Assembly (NCBI GenBank): GCA_963845515.1
Contig: CAWJSR010000040.1
Span: 1 to 64,000 of the forward strand
Source: an uncultured delta proteobacterium
Lineage (GTDB): Bacteria > Myxococcota > Myxococcia > Myxococcales > Anaeromyxobacteraceae
Direction: 5' to 3'
DNA: 64,000 nucleotides
The position numbers were made by a program, and so were the translations under genes. Numbering within the stretch: position 1 is the stretch's first letter; each line of letters starts with the position of its first letter. Of the stretch, positions 1 to 12,800 are shown in pieces. The notes beneath the pieces were generated by a model. It worked only from the letters and a program-made list of their open reading frames with translations. It ran no database searches and was not told the DNA's origin.

Positions 1-136
1 GTACGCATCACTCTCACCACCCACATTCTAAATGTAGCAGAGTACACATATGCATGCAACCATATCTCTCTATCATATCTCACGTTCCACCCCTCACCCA
101 CGACGCAATGTATGTATGACCCGATTTAACAAATAG

Positions 137-2170
137 GTGCGCCGAGCCACCTTGGCTACCTCCGTACAGAGCTGCCCGCCACCGTTGCCTTGGTCAAGCG
201 CGTGGTGCAGGACGCACTCGATCTCACCATCGATCCCTTCTTTCACATGGGCGGGGACGAGGTCAGCTGGACCTGCTGGGGCACGCCCGAGGCGGCTGCC
301 TTAGCTTTTCGTGCCTATGCTCCTCAAATTGCATCGTATGTCAGTAATCAAGGCCGTACGGTCATGGCTTGGGCCGAGAGCGTGCTCAAATACAATGCTT
401 CTCTTCCTCAATCTTCTACCATTTTGCAAGCCTGGGAGACAGGCCAGGCACTGGGGGCTGTACAAGCGGGATATAGGGTGGTAGACTCCACCTACACCTA
501 TTCTATCTCGACTGTGGCATGGGCAGTTGGGTGAGTGGTGGGTCGGTCGGTGTTGGTCATCTGTCTCTTTCACTCTTTTTCCTGTGTACGCACTCTCTTC
601 AGTTGTGTACTTCGCTACATACGATTCTTTACCCACACGCGCATCTGCCCCACCTACCCACCCACCCGCCAATCTCATCGTTTTTCCATCTGCTCGCCAC
701 CTCCCTCCCACCCTCCCCTTAGATCTCTGGCGGTATGTCGTGGTGCGATCCGTACAGACTTGGCAACGAATTTACAGCACCGACCCCACCACCCCGGCAT
801 ACACCCCCCTCCCTCCAACATCTAATCATCGGAGGTGAAATCCCTGTATGGACCGAAACCGTGGCCATGACCAACTTGGAGACCATCACATGGCCACGCT
901 TGGCAGCGGGCGCCGAGCGTTGGTGGTCGGTGGAAGGACAACGGGATATTATTGACGCCACCAGACGGATGCGTGCCACCCAGCTGGCCATGCAAGAGGT
1001 GTGGGGCATTGAAGGCACCCCCCTCCAGCCTGAGTATTGCTACACACCTGATGAGAGCATTCTGGCCGGTGCACCCTATAATTGTGATTCCGTACGTCTT
1101 TCTTTGATTTTTTCTTTCGGTGGGGGTGGTGTTGTTCCTGGGGCCGCGCAAAGGCCCATCATCCCTCCCACCCACCCACCTACCCATCCACTCCCCCACC
1201 CATCACCTACCTACCCGCCTTTTCCACCCTATAGGGATATTCCTACTGGAGCACCTACGTCGTGCCATTTTTCAGCAGCACAGGTGAGCAACAGCACTCC
1301 GCCCATCTCCCTATCGATGGTCAATGCTGTCAACGGCGCCGCCCCCACTCCTCCCCCAAGGGGCAATCCCCCACCCACCACCACCGTGCACATCTCTGTC
1401 GAAAACAATATCACTACTTTTGCGTCTGCCTTCGTTTTTTATCTTGGGACGTACAAGGCTCCAGTGTGTATTCCCCCTATGTCAATTGCAATGACCCGTT
1501 GTATTATGCCGATGCGGTGGAGGTTTTTATTGCTCCTGGGGGCGCTGGCGAGACGCCTACAGAGTACCTGGAGGTGGAGCTCAACATCAACCAGGAATTG
1601 TTCTTGTACGTTTGAGGGAGGGAAATCTGAAAATGGTTGTGTGTGTGTAACTACGGTGGTATGCATCTACTCATTCATATGCAGCCGCACCACTAACCCA
1701 TCCATCCCCCCCCCCGAGCACTCACTCCTCTCTTCCCTCCACCCCCTCCCTTAAATCAAACAGAGCCAAAATCACCAACCCCACAGGCACAGCCGTGACC
1801 GCCTCCGAATTTTTCAATTGCACAGCGGCTGCCAGCGCCGGGGTGGAATGGAGCGCCAATCAGACCAGCCCCAGCAGCTGGCAGCAGCAATTAACTCTCC
1901 CTTTTAGTTATATAGCGACAGCGTTAGGAGCGGACCCGACCTGCCTATGGCACGGGGGAGGAGCGGGGGGAGTGGCGGGCGAACTTCTTATCGAATCGAA
2001 GTAGCTGAACAACACCATCTTGCCCAACTATACAGAACCCTGGTGATTTTTCTTCCCAGCCAGGGACTGGGTATTACGCTATTCAACCGACCTATGTGTG
2101 GCCTGTCGCGTTTCATCGCCCTGCTTATTTTTTAGGATTGTTGACGCCCAAAAGCGATGGCACGTATTGA
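137..2170 (+). CDS. Eukaryotic beta-N-acetylhexosaminidase (GH20), 3' part, multi-exon, with C-terminal CBM9-like domain; several frameshifts
   Basis: Motifs FHMGGDEV, YLDCGMGSW, WCDPY-TWQRIY and IIGGE-VWTE-TWPRLAAGAERWWS. GT-AG introns near 531-722, 1092-1234 and 1606-1763. The tail has DAVEVFIAP-YLEVELN, WRANF-YRI and AFHRPAYF. Confidence 0.8.
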
Positions 2171-2593
2171 ATATAATGTAGAGTAACCAGAAGACGATAG
2201 TAGAAAAGATAGAACGATCAGAGGTGGAAAAAAGAGAGAAGAATGAGGGGAAAAACTAAAGGAAAAGTAAAGAAAACCGAAGTTTGGAAATATCGGAAAA
2301 ACGGTAAGGCATTTAAACTCTAAGAAAAGAAACAAAACAAAAGAAAGAAAAAGAAACCTATTGAGCGATTGGCCCATGACTTTTACTTTCCATTGTTGTT
2401 TCCCAACCGATATCCTCTTTGCGCCCCCGCTTTGTTCTTCATCCTCCCCCTTCCAATGCTGCCCCTCTCTTCTCCCATCATTCAGAGTCTCAAAAGTCAA
2501 CCCACAACAAAAACATACACCCACCCATCCACCGACCCATCCACCGATCCATCCACCGATCCATCCACCCACCTAACTTCTTATCCACCCTAC

Positions 2594-3280
2594 TTTAGGT
2601 GCCGGGGTGCCACTGCCGCAAAGCCTTTCTTGGCCTCTGGCGAAATCGCACGATCACCTGGGTGGGTGGATGGGTGGGTGGGTAGGTGGCGGGTAGGTGG
2701 GTGGGTGGATGAGTGAGCGGATGGGTGTGTGGGTGGGTAGGTTGGTGGGTGGGTGGGCGAAAGCTTACCAAGGTACAGACCCAAAATGCCCTTGGCCAGC
2801 TCGACCCTCGGGAAGGTCTTGACAAGTTTATCACGGACAGAGAGAGCCAGCTTGTCGTCCGCCTGGGTGAGTGAGGTGGTGGGTGTGTGGGTGGGTGAAT
2901 GGACTCATTGGATGGGTAGGTGAAAGTTAGATACCATTCATGCCAGCGGGAGCGCCTCGCCTTGTCCCCATCAAGGTGTCCCATGGCCTTTCTCCCCCCC
3001 AAAAAACTCATCCAGCAGCTCCTTCTTCACTCCACAAACCACCCACCATCCCATCCACCCACCCACTCACCCACTCATATAACCTACCGTCCAGGCTAGC
3101 GTCACCGTCTCGCCCTTCCCCACCGACGTGCCTATGGCCTTCAGAAGAGTCGAAGAAAAGTCTTCCAAGAACTCGTTTTTAACCCCCTCCAGAGCTGAGA
3201 GCGCATCCACCACCTTCCCTGCCGGCACAGAGCGTGCGAATACGCCCATACACTCGCCAAAGAAGGATGAAGTCGGGTAG
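2594..3280 (-). CDS. Chalcone-isomerase-like (fatty-acid-binding) protein, C-terminal exons
   Basis: Exons at about 3280-3088, 2862-2770 and 2657-2594 splice to VFARSVPAGKVVDAL...KGETVTLAWT-ADDKLALSVRDKLVKTFPRVELAKGILGLYL-GDRAISPEAKKGFA, which matches the CHI-fold C-terminus (YLG-x-x-ISP-AK). Confidence 0.65.
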
Positions 3281-3584
3281 GTAGGATACGGTCGACCTCC
3301 TGCCTGCCTTGACCACACATACACACACACAACTACCTCCACACCCACCCCACCACACTCTCGTTCTCCTCCTCTTATCCATCCACATCCCTGCCACAGG
3401 TACTGCCAGCGCCGCGGGTCTCATAATCGTCTTGCTTCCTTCCAGCCCTCCCCCTCGTTTTTTTCAAAAACAAGTAACTTATGCATTTATCCAAATCTTT
3501 CTTTTTTTCAACAACTCACGCCTTTTTTTCATAAACTGCCCTTTTTGGACTCACTCCATGCATTTCTCTCCAAAAAAATACAGA

Positions 3585-4957
3585 ATGGGGCAGCTGTCGC
3601 TCTTACGGTTCTTCAATGCCCCCAAATTCCCCTCCTCGATCAACCACGAGAAGGTTCTGGGACCAGCGACGCCCTCGTCCTCCAGTCCTCCAGTAGCCCC
3701 AGTAGCTCCTCGAATGTATCGCCGATCTCGATCCTCGCGTTTGTGGTGGCGAAAAATGGCAAACGGGACACCGTGGCTTACTTTTGCGAGGTGCGTGGGG
3801 TGCCAGTGGACGCCGTGCGGGCGGAGGACGGGCTGTGACAGATGCCGGGGATACCTGTCGAGGTCTTGGCGAAAGTCGACTCCCAGATGACGCCCTTAAT
3901 TGGCGCGATCTGCGGTAGCAAAGAGGACCTGGCATTGCACTTGCTCGCGCTGCCGGGCGAAGAGCTCGACGTCAATCGCCGCCTTGACATTGACAATACC
4001 ATTTTTCATTTGTGTGCAGAGTCAGGGCTGACGCATGTGGTGAAGCAACTCGTGCGGCGAGGCGCTGACATGGACCTTTGGGACGACTTGCATCACACTC
4101 CCATATGTCTAGCGGTCATGCACGACCATGTACCTCTCGTGCGCTTTTTGCTCAAGCAGTACGAGACCCGGGGCGAGGCGGAGCTCGAGCGTGCTTTGAA
4201 TCATCCCTGCGGGAATGGGGGATCTGAAACCTCGCTCCTGGGACACGTCGTAAAAAGCGAACGCGATTCATCAGTGAGGGTGGCCACGGCCCGCTACCTG
4301 GTGCGGGAGTGGGGAGCAGACCCCTTGGAGACCGGTCACCAGTCGAAAACATGACACAAAGCCGATATTCTACCTGCCCGTCCACCTGGCAGCATTGTTT
4401 GGCGCCCATGCGATTGTCCGCTTCTTTATCGAGGAATGCGACATACCCGTCGATACAGCCACGGCTTGCAAAGAAGTGACTCCGCTGCGTGCAAATCTAG
4501 GGGGAAAGATGGCGCAGGCCTTCGGATTGTCAAGTTCTTGGTCGAGCAGAGAGGCGCAAACCTAGCGTTAAGAAATGCTGACGGGGAAATGGCCGCTGAA
4601 GTCGCCCTCACTAAGGGAAATCAGCATATCCACGAGTACTTGACAAGGAAAGAGAACGAAGAGTTTGCCAGACGAGAGGCCATCACCGTTACTGAGGCTC
4701 AGCTGGCGGAGCAGACTCGTGCAGCAGAAGCAGCGGCACAGGCGTTGATGGAGGAGCTGGCTGCCGAGGAAGCAGCGGAGAACGCCAGGAAGCAGGCCAA
4801 GAAAAAGAAGGCCAAGGCCAAGAGCAGACGCGGGCCAGTATGTCAAGACGCAAGTAGGGGAGTATATCGAGCAGCGCCGGCAGGAGTGGGTGGCGGCGCA
4901 GGGAAAGAAGAAGGGAGGGAAATGAGAAGAATGGTAGGGAGCGAAGGGGAGCAGTAG
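3585..4957 (+). pseudogene. Ankyrin-repeat protein, fragmented
   Basis: Ankyrin motifs (TPLIGA, TPICLAVMHDHVPLVRFLL, IVKFLVEQRGANLALRNADGE) are split over several ORFs by stops and frameshifts. A coiled-coil LMEELAAEE..KKKK tail follows. Confidence 0.7.
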
Positions 4958-5904
4958 TATTTGAAAATGAAAAGAAGAATGAGTAGGAGCATACTGGGCA
5001 AGCTCAACAGCTAGTAGGGTTTGTTTCGTTCAGGGCGCACGGAATTGACTGTCAAAAAAAGGCAGGCTCTACAAATGCCGCCGTTGCATTGTCTCTTTGG
5101 CACATTTATACACTTTGTGTGCGTGTCCATGCGCTGGATCTTGCTTGGCTAGCGTGAAGCGTGCCAAAAGCTTCCCAAAAAGCAAAGCAAAGCACGTCCT
5201 CCGCTGCCAAAATACCCCATCCGCAGGCGCCACGGCCTCCTTTTGAAGGCTGCTGCCGCCACCCATAGGCGGTGGCAGATTTTGACGATCGTGACAAACC
5301 TGACGTTCAGTATGATGGCAAGACTTTGGCCGACACCGCTCACGCACACTGGCTAGGGGCTGTGAAAAAGAGGGGCAGTGTCGAAATGCTGAAGTACGTG
5401 CCGGCAGGAAAACGTCGAAGCGGCAAAATCATCATGCTCTACACCCCTCTCGAGTCGCCCACAGCACTGAGCCTCTAACCACCCTCCACCCTCCACACAA
5501 CACAGGGCGTCTAGCTACCCTCGAGGCGCACTTCGCAGCGCAGCGAGACAGACAAAGCAGCAACGCCTGGCGCGCCTTCAGCCTCCTTATCCGCGTCATC
5601 TAGCTAGCAGCAGCCCAACGGTGAGCTCTTTTGCGTCTAACTTCCTCGAGCCCGTCGTCGCCCCAAGCGGCAGCGGCGGATGGTCGACAAAGGGCCCGGC
5701 TAAAAACATGGCAATTGCTTCTGCATTGGCAGTACTGCCACTGCCGCCGCTACCCCATGGGCCCTAACCCTAACAGGCTAGGGCGGGCGACCTTGCCGGC
5801 CTTCAGCTTGCGATCAACGACCCCCTAAACGCCTCCTACTGGAAGACGCCCCCTGAACGGTTTATTTAACGCTACTTTTTACGCGGCGACTCCCGACTAT
5901 CGAA

Positions 5905-6255
5905 ACGTGGTGGCCTGTTTTTGCGAGGTGCATGGGGTGGCGGTGAATACCTACGACCGGCGGGTTTACTGCCGAGGAAGTGTTGGAACTCGACTCCCAG
6001 ATGATGCCCTTAATTGGCGCCATTTGCGGCAGCAAAGAGGACCTGGCAATGTACTTGCTCAGACTGCCGGGTCAAGTGCCTGGCCTGAATCGCTGCATTG
6101 ATGGTGTCCAGAGTAAGGAACTTGTGCGGCAAGGCGCAGACATGGACCTTTGCGACGTTTTTTCCCACACGCCTTTGTGTGCAGCGGCCCCCACCTGGCT
6201 TCCTATCCCTTGGGAAAAAATGAAGAAAGTTGTGACTGACCTTGAAGAATGCTAA
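5905..6255 (+). pseudogene. Second, more degraded copy of the ankyrin gene
   Basis: Similar at nucleotide level to about 3770-4110 (TTTTGCGAGGTGC, GACTCCCAGATGA-GCCCTTAATTGGCGC, AGCAAAGAGGACCTGGCA). Confidence 0.7.
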
Positions 6256-6987
6256 GCACGAGCAGGGCGAAAGATGGCATGTCACATTGCACAGATGGAA
6301 GAAAGAAGCGAGAAATAGACGGATTGGGAAGAGGCTGTACTAACCTTGACGAGCTTGGAAGTTTTGATGGTGGGGACACGCGGATGGTGAGAGAGGGCAT
6401 GTTGGTCACTTCCACCGTGATGAGCCACGTGCCGTCCTCTTCGTTTTCCTCCCGCTTGATGGCCATTTGTCTGACAGAGGAAGAAGGAGGGAGGGACGGT
6501 GGGAGGGAGAGATGAGGAAATGGATGTGACGAATGACAGCAGAAGCGGTAGATGCTTGTTGTTGATCCCTCTAGATTATTGTAAACAATTTCTTCTTTTG
6601 GTATTATTGTTTCTTTCATTTGTTGTTCCTTCGTTTTTATTATATTAATATACACATTCATCTTATGTATCTGACCATCCCTCCTTTCTTCTCTCTCTCT
6701 TTATTTATGAAAAGTTCATTCTTATTCCCTCGTTTCCTTTCCCCCGTCCATTGTTTGCTTGTAAAACTACTTTCCTCCGCACTTGCTTTAGGCCACGGAG
6801 AAGGTAAGGAAAACCATCCCCTCCCCTCCCTCCTGCTCCACATTCTCCTCTTAGTAAGAAGGCCCCTCCCCTCTCTCTCTCCTGTCCCCCCCCTTCCCGC
6901 CAAGCAGCGTCCCGTACCTTCCCTCCTGCCCCACTCTCCCCTCCAAGCAATCACCGTGTCAAAAGCCTCTCCCTGCTTTCTCATCAA

Positions 6988-7575
6988 TTACAAGTGGGAA
7001 CACACGAGGGAGGGCGGGAGGGAGGAAGAGGCCCCTCCTCCTTCCTGCCCGATCCTGCCCTCCAACTTATCCCCGTCTTCAAAGCCATTTTCCTCTAGAC
7101 TTTTCTCTAGCTCCACGCGATGTCCCTCGGGGTTCAGCCACCGGGCCGCCTTGGGGTCAATATTGTTACGGTCAGAGAACGCCTGCGGAGAAAAAGGGAG
7201 GGCGGAAGGGAGGGAGGAAGCGAGGGTTGGTGAGGTTGGATAAGTGTTTTTTAGCTTTGAATCCTGCACGGGAGGGAAGGAGAGAGGGGGGGAAGGAGGG
7301 CTTACGGACCTTGACGAGCTTGGAGATATTGGTCTTAAGTTTGACGCGCATCATCAGATGGGGCATGTTGGTCATCAATGAAAGAGGGAGGGAGGGAGGG
7401 AGGGAGGGAGGGAGGGAGGGAGGGAGGGTGGGAGGGAGGGAAGGCTACGCACCTTGACGAGCTTGGAGATCTTGGTTTTGGGTTTGGCGCGCATGACCAG
7501 AGGGAGCATGTTGGTCACTCCCGTGATGAGCCATGTGCCTTCTTCCCTGTCCCCTTCTTTTTCTGACTTGACCAT
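6988..7575 (-). CDS. SUMO/Rad60-like ubiquitin-like protein, spliced
   Basis: Exon 1 MVKSEKEGDREEGTWLITGVTNMLPLVMRAKPKTKISKLVK ends at a GT donor. Exon 2 is AFSDRNNIDPKAARWLNPEGHRVELEKSLEENGFEDGDKLEGRIGQEGGG plus a short tail. The EDGD...QxGG ending is SUMO-like. Confidence 0.7.
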
Positions 7576-7789
7576 TTTCTTTCTGGGAGGGAGGGAGGGA
7601 GGGAGGGAGGGAGGGAGGGAAGGAGGGACTTGGTCGATTCTTTGCTGGATAAGTTGCCTAGCCTTTCTAGTAAGTTGTTGATTACCCAACCACCACCCCA
7701 ATGCCAGGAGTACGAACTCTCTTCTCGGCTATTCATGACATGATGTGACGATGTCTCATGCTTGCATGTCCTCCAATCTTACCCTCCTA

Positions 7790-8700
7790 CAGATACGAAG
7801 ATGCGCGTTTGGACGGGGGGGCTCGAACCCGGCCTCCCTTACGGTCGCTGGCATGGCCTCGGGTGCCTTGAAGGGATACTATATCCTCCCTGAGGAGAGT
7901 GAGACTAAGGTGCGTGCGTGTCTGTATGTGCATCAGAGAGCAGATTGGAAAAGGCGGTATTGCTATGATTCCGTCTTATATTCTTTCCATCTGTTTGCTT
8001 ACCAACTTCCTTTCTTTTCCCCCCACGGATGCAAATATACAGGTCCACCCGATTTCCTGCAAAGTCTGCACCACGTATATGAAGAAATATGTGAGCTGCC
8101 TGGTGAACGGCGGCGACTTTGAGGAATGTGTGGACACTCCCCAGGATGAAGTCCTCCATGGGTACGTAACACTGGGAGGAGAGAAGCGGGTATGCATGTG
8201 TCTGGATATTTTGATGAGGTGGCTGTATAAGGTCTGGGAGACCAGGTGGGGTGTGTGTTCTCTGCCGTGATTGTTCCTTCAAGGATCAAATAACATCGAG
8301 AGCTATTCCCCAATTGCCTTCTCCACCCCATCCTCCACTTCATGGTTGCCTGCTCGATGGGGCATGTCGTGTGGGTGTGTCTAATGGTTGGTGTACATGT
8401 GGGTGCCCTCTTATTGTTGCCAAAGGAAATGCTCACCTCCAGCTCTTTTTACCCTGTGACACGCCGCAAAACAGGCTATGCGCTCGTTTCGTTGATATTG
8501 AAGATGATAGGGACGAAGACGGATAAAAGTACGCACTGGCGAGGCCGAGGCTCCGCATCGACGACTTCGGCGCCTACTGCAAGTCCGTGGAGGCCGTCAC
8601 GAATTCCAAGGGTGGGTTTTCCGTCAAGACTCTCCCGGATTCCATTGCGTATGATGACAAGGCATAGGGCGGATACATCGGCTATAAATCGAGGAGCTTG
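7790..8700 (+). CDS. Possible spliced hypothetical protein
   Basis: Apparent AG/GT-bounded exons near 7792-7909 and 8043-8161 (VHPISCKVCTTYMKK). No recognisable domain. Confidence 0.25.
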
Positions 8701-9830
8701 AATGGTTATTTTATGTGTCTATATATGTGTGCGGGCTGAGTAAGATGAGTTTGCCGCGTGCAACTCATATATGTGTTTGTGCTGTGTATCTGTTCAAAGG
8801 GCTCTCCCGCCCTTCTTCGTCTTGGCATCTGTGTGTGTGCCTCGACGCTATGTGTTTGTGCGTGTGTATGTTAACGTTGTGTCGCGCAGGTAGGGAGAGA
8901 CAAAGAAAGAAAGTGATGCGCTGTGTTTGTTTGTCTTTTCAGATTTCTAAGTTGCAGTTTTAATTTCTTCTTTTAACTCTCGCCTTTTTGAACCTCTGGC
9001 TGTTCTGCTATCAATTTCTCTTGCGCCTGCTGCAGCTGATGAATGTATTCTCAAGCCAAGCAAAGCAAACAAAATCAGAAGGGCTCTCACATTCTCTTAT
9101 CGTTTTTCTTGCAAAATACATTGAATGCTCCTACACCCCCCCCTTCATCTACTATCATCACGTGCCCTTCCATCTCTCCCCTCCCCTCCCTATCTCGACG
9201 GTCCGGTCCTTCGTCCCCTTGGCTTCTGCGCCACCAACACCACCTGCTCTCGCCCACGCGCAGTTGCAATCAAAAGCGGCACAGTTGACGCTCGACGCAC
9301 ACATTTTCTTGTCGCCCGCACGAATTCGACTGGAAAACAAAACAGGCCTTCTCTTGCATTGCCACGGCTCATGGTGGAGAGCATGATGATTAAACTGATG
9401 TGGTGTGCTGTGACCAGTGTGCGCACATTGGGCATCCAACATTTAGTTTGCAAAGAGGCATGGCTGGACGAAATCAGAATGTGCCAACGAAGATAAAAGT
9501 GTGCGCGTTGAGAAATCAACAGGCCTCGTGGCTGCAGCTGACAATAGAATGGCAAATAAAGGTCTTAATTAGCTAGGGTATAGTCAAGTTTATCCTCCTT
9601 GCACGAAGAGCAATGTCAATGAGCAGAAACTTGAAAAGTGCAGCAGCAGCAGCAGCAGCAGCAGGCATAGTAAAAAATCTCAACAGACTAATCTTGTTTC
9701 AATAATTCTCTGTTTTTACTTCGTCAAGAAGAAGAAGAAGAAGAAGAAGAAGAGCAGCATAGATCGAAGGCGGGCTATTCTTTCTTTCCTTCTCTTGTGT
9801 TATGTTGCTTCGTCTTTCTCCTTCTCTTCC

Positions 9831-12800
9831 TCATTCTTCTCCCTCTCTTGTTCGTCTTTAACCCACGCATGCATGACGCCACCCTTCCTTCCCTCTCTCC
9901 CTCCCTTCTTCTTCCCCTTCCTACTTCTTCTTTGCTAGGAGTTTCGGGTCAATCTCTCCTACTTCCTTCACTTCTTTTAGAGAGAATAGACGCGCTGCCC
10001 GTTCTTGGAGTGTCCCTCCGCACTTGACACCCCAGTGCATGAGAGCGGCTTTTAGCCTCTCCAGGCCCAGGGACTGAGGAAGAAAGAGAGGGAGGGAGTG
10101 AAGGATGGTTAGATATGAAATCCAGTGGACTAAATAGTGATTTCCTTCTTCCCTCCTTCCCTCTCTCCTTCCTTCCCTCCCTCCCTACCTCCAGTTCTTC
10201 AGCAGAGGAAAAAGGAGCCAAGTCCAGGTAAGCTGGTTCGACAGGAGGAGGAGGAGGCGCCGCTCCCTTCGCCTTCCCTCCCTCCTTCCCCTTTGTAGGC
10301 GCTGCAGCTGCTGCTGGGGTGGTGGAGGAGGAGGAAGGAGGAGGGAGGGAGGGAGGGAGGGGCTTGTTGCTGGTCGCTTCCTCCTTCTCTTCTTGCTCCT
10401 CCTCCTCCTCCTCCTCCTCGTTGTCTGTCAGAGCGTCGGAGACCGCCTGTGAGAAAATAGGGAGGGAGAAAGGGAGGGAAGGAGGTTGAGATGCATATAA
10501 ATACATGTGAGGTGTACCACTCCCTCCCTCCCTCCCTCCCTCCCTTCCTCCCTTCCTCCTCTCTACAAACCTTGATCTTCCCTCCTTTCTCCTCTTCCTC
10601 CTTCGGGAAAAAAGCAAAAGGCCGCAGCCCTATATTGACCCTGACTGCCTCTCCTTCGTCGAGGGAAAGGGCGGGGTAGTACCGATGACGAACGGAAGCA
10701 CTGGAGGGAGGGAGGGAGGGAGGGAGGGATGGGTGAGTGTGGAGACTCTGACTGCCTCTCCCTCATCCAGGGAAAGGGCAGGGTAGTACCGATGACGAAA
10801 AGAAGGGCTGGAGGGAGGGAGGGAGGGAAGGAGGGAGGAAAAGAAAATATCGCAAGTTTTATGATTTCCCTCATTTTCCCGTCCACGCCCCCCCTCCCTC
10901 CCTCCGTCTCTCACCTTCCTCTTTCCTCCCCAGTAGCAGCAGCAGCAGCAGAAGAAGAAAGAGGAATATTCTCAAACACAGCCCCTGTCGGCTTCCCATT
11001 CAGAAAGTAGGAGAGTCGTCCTCCCTCCCTCCCTCCCTCCCTCCCTCCCTTCCTGCCCCCCTTCTTCGGTTCCTGAGGGGTCAGATCCAGAAGGATGCCT
11101 AGCACGTCGCCCACCTAGGGAGGGAGGGAGGGAGGGAGGGAGGGAGGGAGGGAGGGAATAACATGTGAGACATACGATCGAAAAATGAGTCTGCTGCCTC
11201 TGTGTCCATCCCCTCCCTCCCTCCCTCCCTCCCTCCCTCCTTCCTCCCACTTCTCCCCTTCTCCCTTCACTGCTTCTTCTCTCTCGTTGTGCCACAGCGT
11301 GCGATGGGCCGGGTCGAACCCCCAGGAATTCTGATCGTCCCCTACTCCATCACCTGGAGGAAGAGGGAGGGAGGGAGGGAGGGAGGGAGGGAGGGAGGGG
11401 TGGTCAAATATTAGAAACGAACATAGAAGAAATAAGGGAGGAGGGAGGGAGGGAGGGAGGGAATGAGAGGGGTGAGAAGAGGGCGATGGGCGGGGTCGAA
11501 CCTCCATAGAATTCTGATCGTCCCCTACGCCATCACCTGGAGGAAGGGAGGAAGGGAGGGAGGGAGGGAGGGAGGGAGGGAGGGAGGGAGGAGTGAGAAG
11601 GGAGTGAGTAAGACTGTGGTGGGACTGAGGGGGAGGGGACAGAGGGAGGGAGGGAGGGAGGGAGGGAAGGAGGGAGCGATGGACGTACCTTCAGTTGGCG
11701 ATCCGCCTCGAAGTGGTCATTGACCCAGCCAGATGCTAATTTGAGAGGGAGGGAGGGAGGGAGGGAGGGAGGGAGGGAGGGAAGGAATGTGTGTGAGTCT
11801 GTGGATCACTCACACTGTGTTTATGGGGAGAAGAAATTTCGTCTCTAAGCAATTAAGCTCCCCTCCCTCCCTCCCTCCCTCCCTCCCTCCCTTCCTCCTG
11901 CACACTCCCCTCCGCCGCCCACCGCCTCCACCTCCCAATACCACCTCCCTCCCTCCCTCCCTCCCTCCCTCCCTCCCTCCTTCTTGAGCGGCACGATCAC
12001 TGTTGCAAATTCACCCACCACCCCTCCCTCTATCCCTCCCTGCCCTGAGATGTGCACCGAGCCGGAGAGAGGCATCATGCCAGGGACACTGCTGTTGGGT
12101 GGAGTGGAGGGAGGAGGACGGGCCTGAGGGAGGGAGGGAGGGAGGGAGGGACGGACGGAGAGAGGGAGGAGAGCTCAGAAAGGAGGGAGGGAAGAAGGAA
12201 GGGAAGAAGAGATGGAGGGAGGGAGGGAGGGAGGGAAAGAGAGGGAAGGAGGATTAACTTACCCGCCCCAAAATCCAAAGGTAACACTGCTCCTCCTCCT
12301 CCCTCCTTCTGCCCTCCCTCCCTCCCTCCTTCCCTCCTTTCCTCCCCCTCCTCTTCCGGGTGGAGGGTGTGTAGTTCCAGGGGGCCTGTTTTCCCCTTCT
12401 TCCGTGCTTGGGCCTCGCGACGCAGACCTGTCCATCGACGGCGTCCTGAGGGAGGGAGGGAGGGAGGGAGGGAGGGAGGGACGGAGGAAGGGTGAGTGGG
12501 TGTGTAGTTCCAGGGGGCCTGTCTTTCCCTTCTTCCTGTGCTTGGGCCTCCCGTCGCAGACCCTCCATCACGGCGTCCTGAGGGAGGGAGGGAGGGAGGG
12601 AGGGAGGGAGGGAGGGAGGGAGGGAGGGAGGGAGGGTGAGTGGGTGTGTAGTTCCAGGGGAGCCTGTCGTTCCCTTCTTCCGTTGCTTGGGCCTCGCGAC
12701 GCAGGCCTTCCATGACGGCGTCCGAGAGGGAAGGAGGGAGGGAGGGAGGGAGGGAGGGAGGGAGGGAGGGAGGGAGGGAGGCAGGGCAGGACATACCTGC

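Noticed and set aside
9640..9753. (CAG)n and (AAG)n tracts
   Set aside because: Ordinary short intergenic microsatellites.
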